Source of the DNA: Guillardia theta CCMP2712
Lineage: Eukaryota; Protista; Cryptophyta
Direction: 5' to 3'
Assembly (NCBI RefSeq): GCF_000315625.1
Contig: NW_005434626.1
Location: forward strand, 445,448-509,447
Length of the DNA: 64,000 bases
The translations under genes and the position numbers were made by a program. Positions 59,742 to 64,000 of the stretch are shown here, piece after piece (the first letter of the stretch is position 1; the number at the start of each line of letters is the position of its first letter). The notes below the pieces were generated by a model that had not been told where the DNA came from, did no database searches, and was given only the letters and a program-made list of their open reading frames with translations.

Positions 59742-59912
59742 CCCTCCTCTTCTCCCATCCCCTCCTCTTCTCCTTCCCCCTCCTCTTCTCCTTCCCCCTC
59801 CTCTTCTCCTGCCCCCTCCTCTTCTCCTGCCCCCTCCTCTTCTCCTGCCCCCTCCTCTTCTCCTGCCCCCTCCTCTTCTCCTGCCCCCTCCTCTTCTCCT
59901 GCCCCCTCCTCT
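59742..59912. repeat. 18-bp minisatellite (CCCCTCCTCTTCTCCTGC) x ~9
   Basis: Direct reading. Confidence 0.9.
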
Positions 59913-59986
59913 CTTTCGTCTCTCTCTCCTCGTCTCTCTCTCCTCGTCTCTCTCTCATGGCCGCCTTCTCTCGTCTTTCTGACGGT

Positions 59987-62310
59987 CTAGTCGGTGCCTC
60001 CGACTGACCGGCTCCGCTTGTACTCCGATGCTCGTCGTATGCATTCTTCCGCCAGGTCCTTGGAGAAGGATGAACTCCGAGGGAGTGGTGATGACGTTCC
60101 AGCCGTGCCTCCCTCGCCTTCTCCTCCTCCTCCTCCTCCTCCTCCTCCTCCTCCTCCTTCAGCGGCGGCGGCGGCGGCAGCAGCAGCAGCAAGGAGGAGC
60201 TCGGGAGTGACGATGTCAGCGCCCTGGCTCGACGTCTCCCACACTCTCACGACGTCGTCGATGGTGGGTCTTCTTCTCATCTTGGCGATGACATCTGTGA
60301 AGCTCAGGTACATCTCCTTGCTCCACCTCGTGCTGCCGTCCTTGGCGATCACTTCATGTCGCGTGCTGTATGTATCCATGACGATCGCCAGCAGCATGTT
60401 GAGGATCACTAGCGAGACGAGGCAGATGTATCCAGACACCCACGCAAAGCCCAACGCGACCGTCTGAGGGTCAAGACTCTTGAGCTCCTGCCAGGTGGTC
60501 ATGTCGGAGACGAGCAGCTCGAAGCACGTCATGAAGGAGACGCCGACGGAGGAGAAGCCGGTCACTTCATGCCCGAAGAGGAGGGTGCCGCTGCTGGCGA
60601 AGCAAAAGACGATGGTGAGGAAGACAAGGACGAAGTGGAAGATGTCGTTGGCGGCGGCAGCGAAAGTTTCCACGATGAGGGCGAGTCTTGGTTGTACTCG
60701 GATGACGTCGAGGAAGAGGAGGAGGAAGAGGAAGAGGTTGATAGAGCAGCAGATGCGATAGGACGAGAGATCTTTGGTCACCTTGCTGATCCGGTCCTGC
60801 CATGCCACAAGCTCAGCGTCAGCAACACACACACAGAATCATGCTGGCTGCTCCTCCCCTGACCTGCTCTCACCCTTGCCTGCCCTGCCCCGCACGTCCT
60901 CCTTCTTACCTGCACCTCCACCTCGTGTAGCAGGAAGTCTTCGGCGATGTTTGCGATGATCCCGTACGTCTCCTTCATCATCATCAAGTGCCACCAGACC
61001 GTGAGGGAGATGGAGAAGCCAGCGGTCATGTAGGAGATGACCTCCCAGAAGGTCGGCAAGCGGCGGTACAGCACGTCAGGGACGGATGACAACGTGATGA
61101 GCGTGAAGATGAGCAGGCAGACGAGCCAACCGGCGTCGCTCAGGTAAGCAGGAGCAGGGCTCAGCTTGTAAGGGTCGAGCACGATGGAGGAGATGGAGAA
61201 CTCGTTGTCGATGAAGCCTCCCCTCTCGATCTGCAGCGTCAGCACGGCCTCTGTGAAGACGCTCAGCTCTCCGTTGTACAAGCTGATGACAAGCTCCACA
61301 AAGTCTGTCTGTCTGTCGATCCAATGCCTCGCTTCCAGGTACCGCACGCGTTGTGCCAGCAGCCTTGACTCCATCGTGTCGTTGAGCCAGAACCTGTACA
61401 CCCCTGGCTCCCCCTCCTCCTCCGTGAAGCCCTCGCCTGCCGTCTTGGCGTCGACCAGATCTACTCCCTCTGCGAAGGGAGCAGCATCTACACACCCCAC
61501 CCCCTCCTCGTGACGGGCCGGAACCTGGTCGTAGGGCGAGCACAGCGGGAGGCCGAAGGGCTCCACGTCGGGCTTGCCGCCCTTGGGGTGACAGCTGGAG
61601 CCGTAGAAGCTGTCGAGCATGTGTACGGCGCACGACGTCGGTCTGGATCGTGTCTGCTGCATCCTGACGCTCCCTAGGATCCTGTTGTACCTGGCGATCT
61701 TCCCCCAGTCGGACTTGTCGAGCTTGTCGCCTGCCTCGTCCGTCTGGACGAAGGTGATGGGGATGAAGACGTGCTCCATCCAGTCCCAGAACTCACTCAC
61801 AGAGTGAACGTCTTGGAAGTGCGAGATCGAAAGATCCTTCCTCTCCGAGAACAGGTACAGGTGCTCGATCGATTTCTCCACTTCATCAACCCTCCCGACG
61901 TCGACATGGAGCATGACGGACGAGAAGAACGTCACGGCAAGTAGCACTATCAGCGGTAGCTTCACGAAGCTGCTCCTCGTCCGCCTGATGTTGGAGATAT
62001 ACTCCATCAGCTCGTCGTGTCTGATCGCCAGCTGATCGCGAAGGTTCCGGTGGCGGGAGCTTGCTGCCGTCCGGGCGGTGTTGGGGACACTGCTGGTCGA
62101 CTCGTATACTGGGATGGTGCATTCGTCGCTCCTGCCATGCTGACGTGTCTCGCTCTCTCCGGCTGGAAGACCGGTGGGCTCCGCAAGGTCGGAGATAGAG
62201 ATCTCCTCCTCATACTGCAACGGATAGACTTTGTTGGAGTGCGCAGAGGGTCTGCGCGAGGCGGGGGTGGCATTGTTCTGTGCTTCCTCTGACGGTGCAT
62301 GCGATACCAT
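59987..62310 (-). CDS. PKD2: Polycystin-2 (TRPP/PKD2)-like cation channel
   Basis: FQDVHSVSEFWDWME, YNRILGSVRMQQTR, WIDRQTDFVELVISLYN, IERGGFI (TOP domain). QPRLALIVETF, LLFG..V.GFSS, LVILNMLLAIVMDTY (S5-pore-S6). One intron ~60800-60910. Confidence 0.88.
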
Positions 62311-63760
62311 CCGCCTGTCAAACGCTGTCAATCACATGGGGAGCAAGCAAGCATCTTGCAGTGATCGTAATCTACCCTCTTCCTATCATTCTTCCGCTCA
62401 TGGGGGTCGCTGGCGTCAGCATGCTCTCAGCGACATGATGGCATGCTGTCTGAGGGCTGGGAGGAGGATTGTATCAGCTACGTGCTCGACTGAAGGCTGT
62501 TTGCACGTCAGTCACTACCTCGCTCCTATCCTCCGCTTCCCTCCCCTCCTGTCCGGCCTCTGCCATTATTACGCCGAATTCGGAAAAGTAAAAACATTAT
62601 TACACAAGATAGGGGTGGGTGGGGTACTGCGGTGGTATGTATGACAAAATCTTTTAGGTACGGGGGTGGTATAACAGTCATTTTGGGGGGTGGAACCTAG
62701 AAGGGGTCCGTTGATCTTTCAAGGGCACTTTTAGCGACTCTGCTCATTTCTTTCTTTTTCAGTCAATGTAAGAGTGGTGCATGATCACTACTCGAGGCCC
62801 GCCCGGTCCGAGTCCGGCCGCCGCCCGGCCGGCCGGCCGTCCGTCCGTCACATGCCGAGTCCGACTCGGTAGGTGACGGTCCGGAAACTCAGTGACCCGG
62901 CTTCTCGAGGCTCCCGGTCCCGAGTCGGCGTCCGATCCGATCATCGGGCTCGGAGTCCTTCGGAACGGTACGGGGGGGCTTGCCAACACAGTGCCACGGT
63001 GTACTCAGTACGGCATCGCCAACTTGCCACACGCGGCAAGATGAGAAGAAGACCCACCTTTGCATCTATCGGAGCCACACCGTGTCCGTAGACTTCGCCG
63101 GAGCCAGGGCGCTGTGACCGTTTAGGCTTCCGATCGATGATCGTCACTCCCCGGAGCTCCGAGTTACCGTAGTTAGGCCGGGCTGCTGAACGCCCGGCCC
63201 CGGTCATCAGTCGCGGCACTGCGCGGGCGGAGACTCGTGACCCGGTAGCGCCGGGCGGCTGCTGCCGCCCGGGGCCCGCCGCCCGGCCCGGGGCCACGCC
63301 GGCCCGCCGGGCTGAGCCCCGTGGGCCGGCTCACCGTCACGGTGACGGTGGCACGGTCGTACTACGGTAGTCACTGAGTGTCGGACCGTCGCCCGCGGCG
63401 GCCGGCCCGCCGCCGCCGAGGCCCGGGCCGCCGCACAGCGGCAAGTTTTACGTGACCGTAGTCCTAGCCAAGCCGCTACTATCATGATCGGATCATCGCG
63501 GCCCGGCCGCCGGTGTGTGACAGTGGGCCCGGCCCCATCAAACCAACCTGGCACAGTGCGGCAAACTAGTTAACTGATTCACCGTGTGCCGGGCCCGTGG
63601 GCCGCACTGCATGACGGCCGCGGGCCCAGTCAGTCACTACCGTTTGCCCTAGTACCGGTAGAGCATCAGGGGGAGGGGTAGGCTTGAGGCTGTTTGCTGT
63701 GACGAAAAGAGGGTGGGTCCGAGGGTGGGTGCGGGGATGGGGGATAAACAAACGGGCGAC

Positions 63761-64000
63761 ATGCCGAGCTATGGCAGCGGCCGAGGGGGAGACGCGAGAG
63801 GGGCAGAGATGGAGGAGGAGGTGGAAGGGGAAGAGGAGTTGAAGGAGGAGGTGGCTTCGTCTGTCTCCTTCGTGTCGGAGGCCTCCGACAAGTTTGAAGA
63901 GCCTATCGAGGACGAAGGGGATAGAGAGAGTAGCGATGGATCAGTTGTGGACGTAACTGCTCTGAGAGAGCAGTACATGAGTCGCGTCATGGGAGCGGAA
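63761..64000 (+). CDS. Partial CDS with acidic N-terminus, runs off the window
   Basis: ATG 63761 is open to the end: MPSYGSGRGGDARGAEMEEEVEGEEELKEE... Confidence 0.5.
   Translation, partial: MPSYGSGRGGDARGAEMEEEVEGEEELKEEVASSVSFVSEASDKFEEPIEDEGDRESSDGSVVDVTALREQYMSRVMGAE

Noticed and set aside
59742-59912. Regular repeats resembling a CRISPR array
   Set aside because: Head-to-tail minisatellite with no unique spacers, no cas genes and a eukaryotic context.
1-64000. tRNA/rRNA genes, transposase or reverse-transcriptase ORFs
   Set aside because: None recognisable by eye. A covariance-model or HMM scan would be needed to exclude them.

Overview
Eukaryotic, gene-dense nuclear DNA with many short (~50 nt) GT-AG introns and purine/pyrimidine microsatellite-filled introns. 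The style resembles a cryptophyte such as Guillardia theta (inference, not verified). About 18 protein-coding genes were reconstructed by hand: a MYND + CxxCxGxG zinc-finger protein, a TKL kinase, a secreted LRR protein, a GT8 glycosyltransferase, an atypical SDR, a 6-TM receptor-like protein with a C-terminal RelA/SpoT-type nucleotidyltransferase domain, a Ser-rich ORF, a collagen-like protein, a kinesin-2 subunit, a CPLANE1-like protein, NXT1, DDX52/ROK1, a secreted LysM protein, an SLC35B3-like transporter, a coiled-coil protein, a collectin-like (collagen + C-type lectin) protein, a PKD2-like channel and a partial acidic ORF. There is also a triplicated TATA-driven 36-aa Lys/Glu micro-gene. 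The top findings are (1) a membrane-receptor-type RelA/SpoT-like protein and (2) palindrome-rich intergenic patches. One copy of the micro-gene shows such a patch apparently being built by many short, mostly inverted micro-insertions. All family assignments come from motif recognition without database searches, and exon boundaries and gene ends are manual estimates.
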